Origin: Chloroflexota bacterium
GTDB taxonomy: Bacteria; Chloroflexota; UBA11872
NCBI GenBank assembly: GCA_965263075.1
Contig: CBDHGI010000006.1
Coordinates: 402,929-466,928, forward strand
Direction: 5' to 3'
DNA: 64,000 bases
Made by a program: the position numbers and the translations under genes
Shown: one piece after another, positions 47,902 to 58,328 of the stretch
Position numbering within the stretch: the stretch's first letter is position 1
Layout: every line of letters begins with the position of its first letter
The notes under the pieces: model-generated
What the model was told of the DNA's origin: nothing
Database searches by the model: none
The model's input: the letters and a program-made list of their open reading frames with translations, nothing else

Positions 47902-48554
47902 TGAAGAGTTGTCCCCGTGCGGCGCTTACTGGCTGACGGGGGGCGAATGGCAGACAAGTACACGGAGTGGGCCTCCTGTTTTCACGATTCAAAGGGTTAC
48001 TGGGGAGGCCGGCACGAATCACAGCCACAACCAGACGCAGTCAAACTGCAGTCGCCGTGGACGGTTGGCGGTTAGCCGGGGCGCAACACCACTACGTTCG
48101 CGCGCCTAAAGGCGCGGCGTGTGGGGTATGTCTAGCTGACGGCGCTTTGCGGCGCCAAACTCCCCAGGGGAATCAGCGGCGTGGCTGTGTGACGTTTCAA
48201 TTGGGCGCCCCGCAGAAGAAAGGAGACGTGGCCGGAGACGCGGGAATCTTACCAGACGCTTGAAGAGGAATCACGACCACCACGACAGGCGCCGCCTCTT
48301 TGAGTTGATTGACTGCGGCGGCGCGAACCGCCCTCTCTCACGATTTCAGGTTAGGCGCAAGCAGCTGGACTGACGTGAGTCCATTCATCACCTGTCGCGG
48401 CAACCGTCACGTTGAGCGACCTGACGGCCCAGCGCAGCGCCGCCACGACTGACTATGCCACTCGACCGGACTTTCCGCTGGAATTGGCGGCACGCATAAC
48501 CGTTGGCGCGGCTATCCCGAGGAGCCACGCCTCCCAACGTGTCCGGCCAGCAGG

Positions 48555-49142
48555 CTACGCGTCCCCGGCTGGCGAAGGCCCCGGCCGGACTTCATCGACC
48601 GCCCAATACAGCGCGGCCAGGATCATCAGCGGGTCGAGGATCTGCCAGATGGTTCCGCTCTGGAGAAAATTGGCGTTGACCAAGTCGATGGCGCCAAACG
48701 CGATCGCCAGCACCGAGCCGACGCGATATGCCGTCCCACCACGCTGCCAAAGGGTGAGCGCCCCAGCAACGCTGAAGCCCACGACCAAGGCGTGAATGCT
48801 CTCCCAGACGGTTTGGGTGTTGTCGCCGAACGGCGAGGCCGAGAAGTCGGAGGAGTGGTCGCCGTAGGTGTTGACGAACACGACGACGGCAAAGCCCGTA
48901 AGGATGAGTGCCCACGCGGATGGGACATTGCGCGTGTTGCGCCATATCCACCAGACGCCGGGTACGGCGATCAACAGCGCGGCGAATTGCCAGATCTTCC
49001 AACCCCAGCTGTCGACGTTGAGCCGGGTTTCGGAAACCACGGTGCCGGCATCGATCCAGGCATAGAGCATGGCCGCCACAACGGCCGCCGCGGCCAGGGA
49101 ACCGGCAACACCAAGATTCTGTCGTTCAAGCCAGCACTTCAT
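48555..49142 (-). CDS. 4-TM membrane protein of unknown family (paralog A of three)
   Basis: Shares conserved blocks with the two neighbouring genes: WxWxxWQxxALLxAxPGxWWxW, VFVNTYGD, FINAxFxxxGTIWxxLDPL. Likely start MKCWLE at 49142, 4 nt after the paralog B stop. Confidence 0.6.
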   Translation of the reverse strand: MKCWLERQNLGVAGSLAAAAVVAAMLYAWIDAGTVVSETRLNVDSWGWKIWQFAALLIAVPGVWWIWRNTRNVPSAWALILTGFAVVVFVNTYGDHSSDFSASPFGDNTQTVWESIHALVVGFSVAGALTLWQRGGTAYRVGSVLAIAFGAIDLVNANFLQSGTIWQILDPLMILAALYWAVDEVRPGPSPAGDA

Positions 49143-49146
49143 CGAC

Positions 49147-49725
49147 CTACCCTCCCATCTCCTCGCGGCGCTGCGCGCGTCTCGCGAGCGCCGCACCGGA
49201 CCACACCAACAAGGTCAGAATCCGCAAGGGATCCAGGGCGTCCCAGATCGTGCCGTTGTTGACGAAATAGGCGTTGATGAACAGGACGACACCCTGTGCG
49301 CCCACGAAGAAGGCCAGGATCCGTGCGTTCAGGTCTCCCCGTGCCCAAAGCACCGGAACGGCAATGAGCGTGCAGCCAAGAAAGATTGGATTGGTTGCTT
49401 TCCAAACGTCGCCGACGTGGCCGTCGAAGAATCCGTTGCCGTAAACGTTGAGAAAGACGGCAAGAGCGAGCACCCCCAACGCCGCGCCACGCGTCCAGAC
49501 CACTCGCCGGGTCCCGAGCCACAGCCACCAGACGCCCGGAATGCCCATGAGCAACGCGCCGACCTGCCAGAGCCGCCAGGCCCAGTTGTCGGTGGACGCC
49601 AGGCCCTCTCGGCTGAACATGTCGGTTGAGGCGCCCCAGGCGAAGAGCGCGACGAAGAGGATGGCGGCGCTGAGCAGGGCTTCGGCGGCGCCCAAGTCAC
49701 GAGGGCGAATCGGATTACGCATCAC
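49147..49725 (-). CDS. 4-TM membrane protein of unknown family (paralog B)
   Basis: Same conserved blocks (WAWRLWQVGALLMGIPGVWWLW; VFLNVYGNGF; FINAYFVNNGTIWDALDPL). Confidence 0.6.
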   Translation of the reverse strand: MMRNPIRPRDLGAAEALLSAAILFVALFAWGASTDMFSREGLASTDNWAWRLWQVGALLMGIPGVWWLWLGTRRVVWTRGAALGVLALAVFLNVYGNGFFDGHVGDVWKATNPIFLGCTLIAVPVLWARGDLNARILAFFVGAQGVVLFINAYFVNNGTIWDALDPLRILTLLVWSGAALARRAQRREEMGG

Positions 49726-49801
49726 TCTCCCTCCTCATTGGGCCGTTCACGCTATCGCCGGCAGCAGATCTGAATCAGCGGACTGCTGACAAAGTTTGCT
49801 G

Positions 49802-50371
49802 TCAATCACTTCCCGCCGGCGCGCCGACCGTGGGGCTGAGCGCGGCGGCGGCCCAGATGAGTGTGAGCAGCATCATCACCGGGTCAAGGGCGCTCCAGAG
49901 GGTCTCGTTGTTGACGAACAGATTGTTGATGAACACCAGAATGCCGGTGACTGCGGAGATGACGGTTACGACCCGGCCGCTGGCACAACCGCAACGCCAT
50001 AGCGAGTAGCCCGCGACGGCGGAGAGGGCAATGACCAGGCCGTTGATGACTTCCCAGACGGTGCCCAGGTGGTCGCCGAAGATCTCCTCGGTGTAGGTGT
50101 TGAGAAAGATGACCAGGGCGAGAACAACCATCGCCAGGGTTCGGACACGGGGTTGGCTTTGGCCGTTGGTCCAGAACCAGCAGGCGCCGGCGGCGGCGAT
50201 GACGAGGGTGCCGATCTGCCACAGCTGCCAGCGCCAGTTTTCGCTGCCGACGCGATCGGGATCGACGACGATCGATTGCTGGTTCCAGGCGAAGAGCGCG
50301 ACGACGATGAATGCGGCCCCTATGAGGAGCTCGATGGCGCTCAGGTTTCGGCGTTGGAACAAGTACTGCAT
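49802..50371 (-). CDS. 4-TM membrane protein of unknown family (paralog C)
   Basis: Same blocks (WRWQLWQIGTLVIAAAGACWFW; IFLNTYTEEIFGDH; FINNLFVNNETLWSALDPV). Confidence 0.6.
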   Translation of the reverse strand: MQYLFQRRNLSAIELLIGAAFIVVALFAWNQQSIVVDPDRVGSENWRWQLWQIGTLVIAAAGACWFWTNGQSQPRVRTLAMVVLALVIFLNTYTEEIFGDHLGTVWEVINGLVIALSAVAGYSLWRCGCASGRVVTVISAVTGILVFINNLFVNNETLWSALDPVMMLLTLIWAAAALSPTVGAPAGSD

Positions 50372-50496
50372 GGGTGAGCCTCCTTACCGAAGCCTCAACA
50401 CCCACGCCGCCCTTGCGTGGGCGAGCCGACTCAACTGCTGGGAGTCTAGCCCGAGGTAGTCTGGGTGTCGCCTCGCGCCGCTCGCACGAGTCTGGG

Positions 50497-52215
50497 CTAG
50501 GTCCGGCCGAACTCGCGGTCGAGCAGCTCGCGGCTGAGGAGGATGACGGTTGGGCGGCCGTGGGGGCAGGTCTTGCCGAGGTCGCAGGCTTCGAGGTCGC
50601 GGATCAGGGCCGACATTTCGTCGAAGGCCAGGTCGGCGCCGGACTTGACAGCGGCCCGGCAGGCGAGGGTCCAGCGGAGGCGTTCGGTGGCGGCCAGGCG
50701 CTGGAAGTCGGGTGTTTGGGCCTCCGCGACGACTTCGCGCAGGTAGCTGGCGCCGTCGATCTGGCCAAGCGCGGCTGGAACCGCGCGCAGCAGCCAGGCG
50801 TCGGGGCCGAAGGGGGATACATCGAAGCCCAGGCGCTGGAGGTCGTCCGCGTGCGAACCGACCCAGTCGCTCTCCTCGGCGCTGAGTTCGACGCTGGCCG
50901 GATCAAGGAGGCTTTGCGTTGGGGCGTCGCCATCCGCGGTCAGGCGCTCGAACAGGACGCGCTCGTGGGCGGCGTGCTGGTCGATGAGATAGAGGCCGCG
51001 GGGTCCGGCGGCGACGATGTAGGTGTGCTCGACCTGGCCGAGCGGGCGCATGACGGGGGAGCGCAGGCCGGGGGCGCCTTCGGACGGCTCGTCGTCGGCC
51101 CTGGTGGTTGGCGATCCGCCGGCGCCCAGGTTACGGCTGGGCGGCGGCGGGCCGGTTTCCCAGCGGGCGCCGCCGCTGGGGAAGAAGAACTGATCGACGA
51201 CGGGGCGGTCGAGGCGGGCGGGCGCGATCTCGGTGGAGGACGCCAGGGCGCGGCGCACGGTGGCGGAAAGGCGGCGGAAGACCTCGCCCGAGCGCCGGAA
51301 GCGGACCTCGGCCTTGGAGGGATGCACGTTAACGTCGACTTCCTGTGGCGGAATCGTCAAGTTCAGCACCACCACTGGATACCGACCGGTGGGCATGACG
51401 CTGCGGTAGGCCTCGCTGATGGCGGCCGAGAGGAGCCGGTCGCTGACCCAGCGGCCGTTGACGTAGAGCGCGATGTCGGCCCGCGAGGATCGCTGCAGGT
51501 GGGGCTGGGAGATGAAGCCGTCGATTCCGAGCGTCGCGCCGGGCGGGAGTTCGATCAGGTCGTCGACAAAGGCGGGGCCGTAGATGGCGCGCAGGGCGTG
51601 GCGCAACTCGCCGTCGCCAGGTGTGCGCAGGCGCTCGCGGGCGCCATCGTGCAGCGTGAAGGCGACGTGGGGATGGCCGAGGGCGGCGCGGGTGACGGCG
51701 GCGATGATGTGGCCGAGTTCGGTGCGCTCGGCTTTGAGGAACTCGAGGCGCGCGGGGATCGATTGGAAGAGTCCGCGGACAGTGGCGCGGGTGCCGCGTG
51801 CGCCGCCGACGGGGCGTTCCTCGATCAGGCGCTCGTCGCTCGCCAGGACCTCACGGCCGGGCCGGCCCTCGCCGGTGACGGAGCGCAGCCGAAGTTCCGC
51901 CACCGCGGCGATGCTGGCCAGCGCCTCCCCGCGGAACCCTAGAGTTTGGATGCGGGCGAGGTCGTCGACGGTGGTCAACTTGCTGGTGCTGTGGCGTTCG
52001 ACGGCCACGGCCACTTCGTCGGCGGGGATGCCGCAGCCGTCGTCGGTGACGTCGATCAGTGCCTTGCCGCCCCGCTCCACCGCAACGTCGACGCGACGGG
52101 CGCCGGCGTCCAGCGCGTTGTCCAGCAGTTCGCGCACCACCGAGGCCGGGCGCTCGATCACCTCGCCCGCAGCGATCTTGCCGCTGATCTCCGGCGGCAG
52201 GCGCCGGATGCTCAC
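50497..52215 (-). CDS. mutL: DNA mismatch repair protein MutL
   Basis: GHKL ATPase blocks ELLDNALDAGA, DDGCGI, and the C-terminal dimerisation domain. Overlaps the mutS stop. Confidence 0.9.
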   Translation of the reverse strand: MSIRRLPPEISGKIAAGEVIERPASVVRELLDNALDAGARRVDVAVERGGKALIDVTDDGCGIPADEVAVAVERHSTSKLTTVDDLARIQTLGFRGEALASIAAVAELRLRSVTGEGRPGREVLASDERLIEERPVGGARGTRATVRGLFQSIPARLEFLKAERTELGHIIAAVTRAALGHPHVAFTLHDGARERLRTPGDGELRHALRAIYGPAFVDDLIELPPGATLGIDGFISQPHLQRSSRADIALYVNGRWVSDRLLSAAISEAYRSVMPTGRYPVVVLNLTIPPQEVDVNVHPSKAEVRFRRSGEVFRRLSATVRRALASSTEIAPARLDRPVVDQFFFPSGGARWETGPPPPSRNLGAGGSPTTRADDEPSEGAPGLRSPVMRPLGQVEHTYIVAAGPRGLYLIDQHAAHERVLFERLTADGDAPTQSLLDPASVELSAEESDWVGSHADDLQRLGFDVSPFGPDAWLLRAVPAALGQIDGASYLREVVAEAQTPDFQRLAATERLRWTLACRAAVKSGADLAFDEMSALIRDLEACDLGKTCPHGRPTVILLSRELLDREFGRT

Positions 52216-54755
52216 CTTCGGAGCGCCCGCTGCAGCTCGTACAGCGCCGTCAGCGCGTCAAGCGGCGCGAGCTGCTCGAGGTCCAGCGCCCGCAGGTCGT
52301 CCAGCACCGGGTGTTCGGGCGGAGGGAGCAGGCTGAGTTGGGTAAGAGCTGCCCGGCCGTTGGTCTGGCTCTCCAAGTCGCTGAGAATCGCGGCGGCACG
52401 CCGGATGATGGTGGATGGCAAGCCGGCCATTTCGGCCACGTGTACGCCAAAGCTGCGGTCGGCTGAGCCCGGCGTAACGCGCCGCAGGAATACCACCTGG
52501 CCGTCCTGCTCGATGGCCGCCGCGTTGAGGTTATGGACACGCGGCAGCAGATCGGCCACTGCCGTCAGCTCGTGGTAGTGGGTGGCAAAGATCGTGCGTG
52601 CGCGCAGGCGCGGATGGTTGTGCAGGTGCTCGATCACGGCGCGGGCCACCGAGATGCCGTCGTAGGTGCTGGTACCGCGGCCGATTTCGTCCAGCACGAT
52701 GAGGCTGCGGGGCGTGGCCTGGGAGAGGATGGCGGCTAGTTCCAGCATTTCGACCATGAATGTGCTGGCGCCGGCGCTGAGGTCGTCGTGCGCGCCAACG
52801 CGCGTGAAGATACGGTCGACAATCCCGATCGAAGCGCGGGCGGCCGGCACGAAGCTGCCGATCTGGGCCATGAGGACGATGAGGGCTACCTGTCGCAGAT
52901 AGGTGGATTTGCCGGCCATGTTGGGGCCGGTGAGCACGGCGATCTGGCGCTCGGCGGTATCAAGGAACGAGTCGTTCGGTACGAAGCGCTCGTGCTGACC
53001 GAGTTCGACGACGGGATGACGTCCGGCCTCTATTTCCAGGCAGTCACCGTCGTTCAACTCGGGTCGCACGTAGCCCTGGCGTTCGGCCACCTCGGCCAGG
53101 CAGGCGGCCACGTCCAGTGCGGCCAGCGCCTGTGCGGTGCGTTGGAGGGAGGGGCCGTCGGCACTTAGCCGCTCGACCACTTCGTCGAACAGGGCGCGCT
53201 CCAGTTCGGCGATGCGTTCCTCGGCCCCGAGCACGCGGGACTCGTATTCCTTGAGCTCCGGCGTGACGTAGCGCTCGGCGTTGGCCAGGGTCTGACGGCG
53301 CTGGTAGGACTCCGGCACCTGCTCGCTGTAGGCGCGGCCTATTTCCAGGTAGTAGCCGAAGACGCGGTTGTAGCCGACCTTGAGCCCGCGCAGGCCGGTG
53401 GTTTCGCGCTCACGGCGTTCGAGGCCGGCGATCCAGCCCTTGGCTTCGGTCGCCGAGGCCACGACCCGGTCGAGTTCGGCGCTGTAGCCAGTGCGGATTA
53501 CCCTCTCGCCACGCTCGGTGATGGCGCGCTCGATAAGGGCGCGAGCCTCCGAGCAGGGGTCCAGCACGTCGCGCATGGCGTGTAGGGCCGGCTGACCGTC
53601 ATTCAGTGACTGGCGCAGGTCGCCCACGGCGTCCAGAGCGGCGGCCAGGTGACGCACGTCCGACGCCGAGACCGCGCGGCGCACGATGCGGTTGGCCAGC
53701 CGTTCCAGATCACCCACGCGGTCGAGGGCGGCCTGCGTGCGGGCGCGCAGGCTTGGGTCGTCGAGCAGGGCCTGCACGCGGTCCAGCCGCGTCTCCAGGC
53801 GGTCGCGGTCAAGAAGCGGACGGCTGATCTGTTCGCGCAGGCGGCGGGCACCCATGGGGGTGTGGGTGCGGTCGAGGACCGCCAGCAGGCTGCCCTCGCG
53901 GCGGGCGTCGCGCCCGGCGGTCTCGAGTTCCAGGTTGCGGCGGGTGAAGGCGTCCAACTCCATGAAATCGGCCGTGCCGTAGACGTGGACGCCGGTAAGG
54001 ACGTGCAGGGCGGCGGGGTCGGTGTCCTCGACGTAGCGCAGAAGGACGCCGACCGCGTGGGTGGCCAACGGGCGACCTTGCAGGCCCAGGCCTTCGAGGT
54101 CGTGAACCTGGAAGTGGCGGGTGACCATCTCGCGGGCAGCGGCGGGATCGCGTAGCCAGGCCTGGTCGTCCTGGGCAACGCCATCCGCGACTTCGCCGTC
54201 CGGAAGTCCCAGGGTGAGGGTTTCGCGGGCGCCGATGCGGGCAAGTTCGCGGGTCATCGCTTCTCGAGTGACTTCGCAGGCGGCCAGGTCGCCAGTGGTG
54301 ATGTCCGCGTGGGCCAGACCGCGGGCGTCGCCGTCGCCTACGGCGACCGCGAGGTAGTTGTTGGCTTCGGGTTGCAGCCAGTCCTCGTCGACCACGGTGC
54401 CGGGAGTGATGACGCGCGTGACCCTGCGCTCCACGAGGCCGCGGCCGACCTCACCGACCTGGTCGCAGACGGCGACCCGCAGACCGGCTTCAATCAGACG
54501 TCCGATATAGGTGGGGGCAGCGTGGTAGGGCACGCCGCACATGGGGATGCGCTGGCCTTTGCCGAACTCGCGGGAGGTTAGGACGATCTGGAGGACGGCG
54601 GCGGCGCGTTCGGCGTCTTCGCCGAACATCTCGTAGAAGTCGCCAAGGCGAAACAGCAGGATTGCGTCGGGCTGCTGTTGTTTTATGTCAAGAAACTGAC
54701 GCCGCAGGGGCGTCAGTTTCGGCTCGGTTGCCGTCGGGCGCCTCCCCTCACGCAC
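52212..54755 (-). CDS. mutS: DNA mismatch repair protein MutS
   Basis: GDFYEMF mismatch-recognition motif, GPNMAGKSTYLRQ Walker A, and DEIGRGTSTYDG. Confidence 0.9.
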   Translation of the reverse strand: MREGRRPTATEPKLTPLRRQFLDIKQQQPDAILLFRLGDFYEMFGEDAERAAAVLQIVLTSREFGKGQRIPMCGVPYHAAPTYIGRLIEAGLRVAVCDQVGEVGRGLVERRVTRVITPGTVVDEDWLQPEANNYLAVAVGDGDARGLAHADITTGDLAACEVTREAMTRELARIGARETLTLGLPDGEVADGVAQDDQAWLRDPAAAREMVTRHFQVHDLEGLGLQGRPLATHAVGVLLRYVEDTDPAALHVLTGVHVYGTADFMELDAFTRRNLELETAGRDARREGSLLAVLDRTHTPMGARRLREQISRPLLDRDRLETRLDRVQALLDDPSLRARTQAALDRVGDLERLANRIVRRAVSASDVRHLAAALDAVGDLRQSLNDGQPALHAMRDVLDPCSEARALIERAITERGERVIRTGYSAELDRVVASATEAKGWIAGLERRERETTGLRGLKVGYNRVFGYYLEIGRAYSEQVPESYQRRQTLANAERYVTPELKEYESRVLGAEERIAELERALFDEVVERLSADGPSLQRTAQALAALDVAACLAEVAERQGYVRPELNDGDCLEIEAGRHPVVELGQHERFVPNDSFLDTAERQIAVLTGPNMAGKSTYLRQVALIVLMAQIGSFVPAARASIGIVDRIFTRVGAHDDLSAGASTFMVEMLELAAILSQATPRSLIVLDEIGRGTSTYDGISVARAVIEHLHNHPRLRARTIFATHYHELTAVADLLPRVHNLNAAAIEQDGQVVFLRRVTPGSADRSFGVHVAEMAGLPSTIIRRAAAILSDLESQTNGRAALTQLSLLPPPEHPVLDDLRALDLEQLAPLDALTALYELQRALRR

Positions 54756-54827
54756 TGCCGGACAAAAACCGAACTTCGGATCAGCCTAGCACCGACCGAA
54801 TTGTCGCCATTTCCGCCCGGATACGTC

Positions 54828-55637
54828 TCAGCTGTCTATCAGCCCGCGCAGGTAGTCGTGCGCCTGGGCGGCGTAGGTGAGCGGGTCCAGACCGTCGAAG
54901 TTGGGGCTGTGCATCACCAGCCAGCCGTCGTAGCCGATGGCTTTCAGGCTGGCCACGACGCCCGGAATGTCCACGCCGCGCGGGTCGTCCACGCGCAGGT
55001 TCTGGTATTGGACGTATCCGCCCTGCGCGCTAATGGGGATGCCCTCGTCCTTCCCGACCAGGAGCATGTTCTGCACTTCGGCGTGCTTGATGTGCGGGGC
55101 CAGCGCCCGCACCGCCGCCAGCCCGTAGTCCCGGCCTTCGATGTAGAGGTTGGCAGCCTCAAAGACCAGCCCCACGTTGCTCCGGTTCACGCGTCGCAGC
55201 ATGTCCAAAGAGCCGGCCACGGAGTTAAACGGGGTGCCGTGGTGGGTGAACTGCACCAGGTCAACACCGAAGGCCGCGGCCCTGTCGGCGGCCTCTCGAA
55301 CCAGCGAGATCTGCGCGATGGAGCCGATGCTTGGCCGAATGCGTTGCGCGCCGATTCGAAGGGCGAGATCCAGGTACTCGTCGAACCGCGGCGAGAAACG
55401 TCCCTCGGTGGCGGAATCGGCAACCAAGCAACAGGCCGCCAGGCCATTTTCGTCCAGGGCTTGCCGCACTTCGAAGACGCGGGCCGCAGAGGCGCCGGCA
55501 TCGAGCTGCGAGTTTCGGACTTCGAGGGCTTCGTAACCGATGCGCGCGGCGGCCTCGGCAAGTTCCGGCAGATCGATCAGCGCCTGAGTCTTTTCATGCG
55601 GGGCCTCGGCGATCCGACCGGACAACGCCAGCTTCAT
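54828..55637 (-). CDS. Sugar phosphate isomerase/epimerase (xylose isomerase-like TIM barrel)
   Basis: 269 aa. TIM-barrel AP-endonuclease-2-like pattern. Confidence 0.6.
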   Translation of the reverse strand: MKLALSGRIAEAPHEKTQALIDLPELAEAAARIGYEALEVRNSQLDAGASAARVFEVRQALDENGLAACCLVADSATEGRFSPRFDEYLDLALRIGAQRIRPSIGSIAQISLVREAADRAAAFGVDLVQFTHHGTPFNSVAGSLDMLRRVNRSNVGLVFEAANLYIEGRDYGLAAVRALAPHIKHAEVQNMLLVGKDEGIPISAQGGYVQYQNLRVDDPRGVDIPGVVASLKAIGYDGWLVMHSPNFDGLDPLTYAAQAHDYLRGLIDS

Positions 55638-55715
55638 CTCCGACTCCTGACACTGTGAGGCCGCGAACTCGGCGGCTGGCCAGTGGTAGCGACCTGGGGC
55701 ACTGCCCTGCGGGAG

Positions 55716-56756
55716 CTACGCATCCGTGTCCAGCAGAACTTTTCCGCACTGGCCGCTTTGGACGGTAGTCATTGCGTTCTCAAACTGCGCCAGTGGAAAC
55801 GTGTGGGTGAGCATGGGATCCAGCGCATCGCCGTGGCGGATCAGAAACGCTTCCGTCCGGTACCAAGTGTCCCAGATCAGGCGGCCGGTCACGCCATAGA
55901 CCTCCAGCCCCTTGAAGAGCACGTCGTCCGCCAGATCAATTGTCACCGGCTCCGGCGGAATGCCCAGCAACACCACCTTACCGGCGTTGGCCGACAGGCG
56001 CAGCGCTTGCCTGAAAGCATCCGGATGGCCGGACATTTCCAAGCTGACTGTTGGGTGCGATCCCAAAGCGTCGACGAGGTCGTCCCCGAACGTTGGCGAG
56101 GTTGCTTCAAGCGTGGCGTGGGCGCCCATCGCCTCGGCGAGCCCGCGCCGATAGGCGGAGACGTCGCTGGCCACGATCGGGTAGGCGCCCACGGAGTGCG
56201 CAACGGCAATTGCCATCAGTCCCATCGGACCGCAGCCGTAGACGGCGATCGGTTGTCCCGAGACGTCGTACCGCATGGCGGCGTGCACGGCGTTCCCCAG
56301 CGGCTCGAAGAGGACGGCGCGCTCAATGGGGATTTCGGGGCGCACTCTCCAGGCGACGCGCGAGGGCACGCGGACGTGCTCGGCAAACCCGCCATCGACG
56401 TCGATGCCAAGAATGCGCAGGTTCTCGCAGACGTGGGCGTTGCCTGTCCGGCACGCACGACAAACCCCGTCGAAGATGTGACTCTCGACGGCCACGATTT
56501 CACCCTCGGCGAAGCCAGTAACGGCTGTACCCATCGCCGCGACCTCGCCCACGATTTCGTGTCCAAGCGTGAAGGGCGTCGGGAAGTTCAGCTCCGCCCA
56601 GGAGTCCCAGGCATAGAGGTGCCGATCCGAACCGCAGATACCGGCTCGGCGCACGCGCAGCAGGAGCTCGTCGGGCCCGGGTTCCGGTCGCGCGACGTGG
56701 GCCACTTCCACTCCGCGTTCGGGGCGGGCCTTACGAATGGCAAGCATGGTTCGCAT
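55716..56756 (-). CDS. Zinc-dependent medium-chain alcohol/polyol dehydrogenase (threonine/sorbitol dehydrogenase-like)
   Basis: GICGSDRHLY ... GHEIVGEV zinc-ligand blocks and GCGPMGLMAIAVA Rossmann motif. Confidence 0.8.
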   Translation of the reverse strand: MRTMLAIRKARPERGVEVAHVARPEPGPDELLLRVRRAGICGSDRHLYAWDSWAELNFPTPFTLGHEIVGEVAAMGTAVTGFAEGEIVAVESHIFDGVCRACRTGNAHVCENLRILGIDVDGGFAEHVRVPSRVAWRVRPEIPIERAVLFEPLGNAVHAAMRYDVSGQPIAVYGCGPMGLMAIAVAHSVGAYPIVASDVSAYRRGLAEAMGAHATLEATSPTFGDDLVDALGSHPTVSLEMSGHPDAFRQALRLSANAGKVVLLGIPPEPVTIDLADDVLFKGLEVYGVTGRLIWDTWYRTEAFLIRHGDALDPMLTHTFPLAQFENAMTTVQSGQCGKVLLDTDA

Positions 56757-56819
56757 CGTGGTCTGACACCGGTATGCCGTTCGGCGCCCTCATTCGCCGC
56801 GCCGTCGGGACCGGAGCGT

Positions 56820-57920
56820 CTACGAGACCTCCGCGGTCTCGGCCATTTCCACTTCCAGCTTGGCGATCTCGTCGGTCAGCACGGGCAGCATGTCGGCTTC
56901 GTCCACGGTCTGCAGAATCTTGCCGTGGCGAAAGATCACCGCGCGGCCCTTGCCGCCGGCGATGCCCAGGTCGGCGTCCATTGCTTCGCCCGGTCCATTA
57001 ACCACACAGCCCATTACGGCGACCTTCATGGGCTGCTTGATGCCCTTCATCACGTCTTCGACGGCGTCGGCGAGACCGTAGAGATCAATCTCGCAGCGAC
57101 CGCAGGACGGACACGAAACCATCGTGGGACCGACAGTCTTGAGACCCAGGACCTTGAGAATCTCGTTCGCGACCCTGACTTCCTCGACTGGATCCGTCGT
57201 GAGCGAGACGCGCATCGTGTCGCCGTAGCCGTCCCAAAGCAGGCTGCCCAGCCCCACCGAGGAGCGAATGATCCCGGTGCTTGGCGGTCCGGCCTCGGTG
57301 ATGCCGATGTGGAACGGATACATCACCAACTGCGCCAGTTCCTTGTAGGCGTTGATGGTGACGTCCACCTCGAAGGACTTCATGGAGATCTTGATCTGGT
57401 CGAAGTTCATGTCCTCCAGGATCTTCACGTGCTCGACGGCGTCCTCGACCATGAGTTCGACGAGCGCGTCGCCTTCGGGTCGACCGTCGAACTTCTTGGA
57501 CCAGGCTTCCTGGATCGATCCAGAGTTCACGCCGATGCGGATCGGGATGTCGCGTTCCTTGCAGGCGCGGACGACCGCTTCCACATTCTCGCGTCCACCG
57601 ATGTTGCCGGGGTTGATGCGGAGGCAGTCGAATTCGGCTTCAGCCGCCATGAGGGCAAGTCGGTAATCGAAGTGGATGTCGGCAACCAGCGGCGCGTCGG
57701 TGCGAGCGCGGATGTCCTTCAGGGCCGCCCCGGCGTACTTGTCGGGCACCGCCAGGCGGACGATGTCGCAGCCGTGTTCCATCAGCCGCTCGATCTGCGC
57801 CACGGTGGCATCGACATCGCGCGTATCGGTGATGGTCATCGACTGGACCGCGACCGGTGCGCCCCCGCCAATCGGTACGTCCCGCACCTTGATTTGGTAG
57901 GACCCGCGTCGCTTGATCAT
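56820..57920 (-). CDS. ispG: 4-hydroxy-3-methylbut-2-en-1-yl diphosphate synthase (flavodoxin)
   Basis: IGGGAPVAVQSMT ... and the CPSCGRC [4Fe-4S] ligand block. The ATG at 57920 (MIKRRGSYQIKVR) gives 366 aa. The ORF track has a 93-codon non-homologous extension. Confidence 0.9.
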   Translation of the reverse strand: MIKRRGSYQIKVRDVPIGGGAPVAVQSMTITDTRDVDATVAQIERLMEHGCDIVRLAVPDKYAGAALKDIRARTDAPLVADIHFDYRLALMAAEAEFDCLRINPGNIGGRENVEAVVRACKERDIPIRIGVNSGSIQEAWSKKFDGRPEGDALVELMVEDAVEHVKILEDMNFDQIKISMKSFEVDVTINAYKELAQLVMYPFHIGITEAGPPSTGIIRSSVGLGSLLWDGYGDTMRVSLTTDPVEEVRVANEILKVLGLKTVGPTMVSCPSCGRCEIDLYGLADAVEDVMKGIKQPMKVAVMGCVVNGPGEAMDADLGIAGGKGRAVIFRHGKILQTVDEADMLPVLTDEIAKLEVEMAETAEVS

Positions 57921-58328
57921 GGGCTCACGCTCCGCGTCGTGGCGTGGGGTCGTTCTTCGAAGCGTACCCCGGAATCCGCGCCCAGACCAGAACGCGCCGG
58001 GCGGCCTGCGAAAGGCGTCGGCGCGGATCCAGGCCCTGCAGCCGACCGGAAGAGTATTGGAAGCTAGCGAGGGGTACGAGCGCACGGCTTCCTGGCCAAG
58101 ACCGATGCGCTGGACGCCCAGCTCCTGGACCGCTTCGTAAGCGATGTGCCATCCCGAAAGCCATCTGTCCAGCCCGGCGGTGGATCGCCTGCAGGGCATA
58201 AGCCTGCGGCGTCAACTGGTGGGGCTGCGGGTGGCCGATCCGAACCGGCCCCACCACCACACGCGCCCGACGCCAGCCGCGTCTACCGCGGCTGGCGTCG
58301 GAACTGGACGGGGCGCGCTTGGCCAGCG

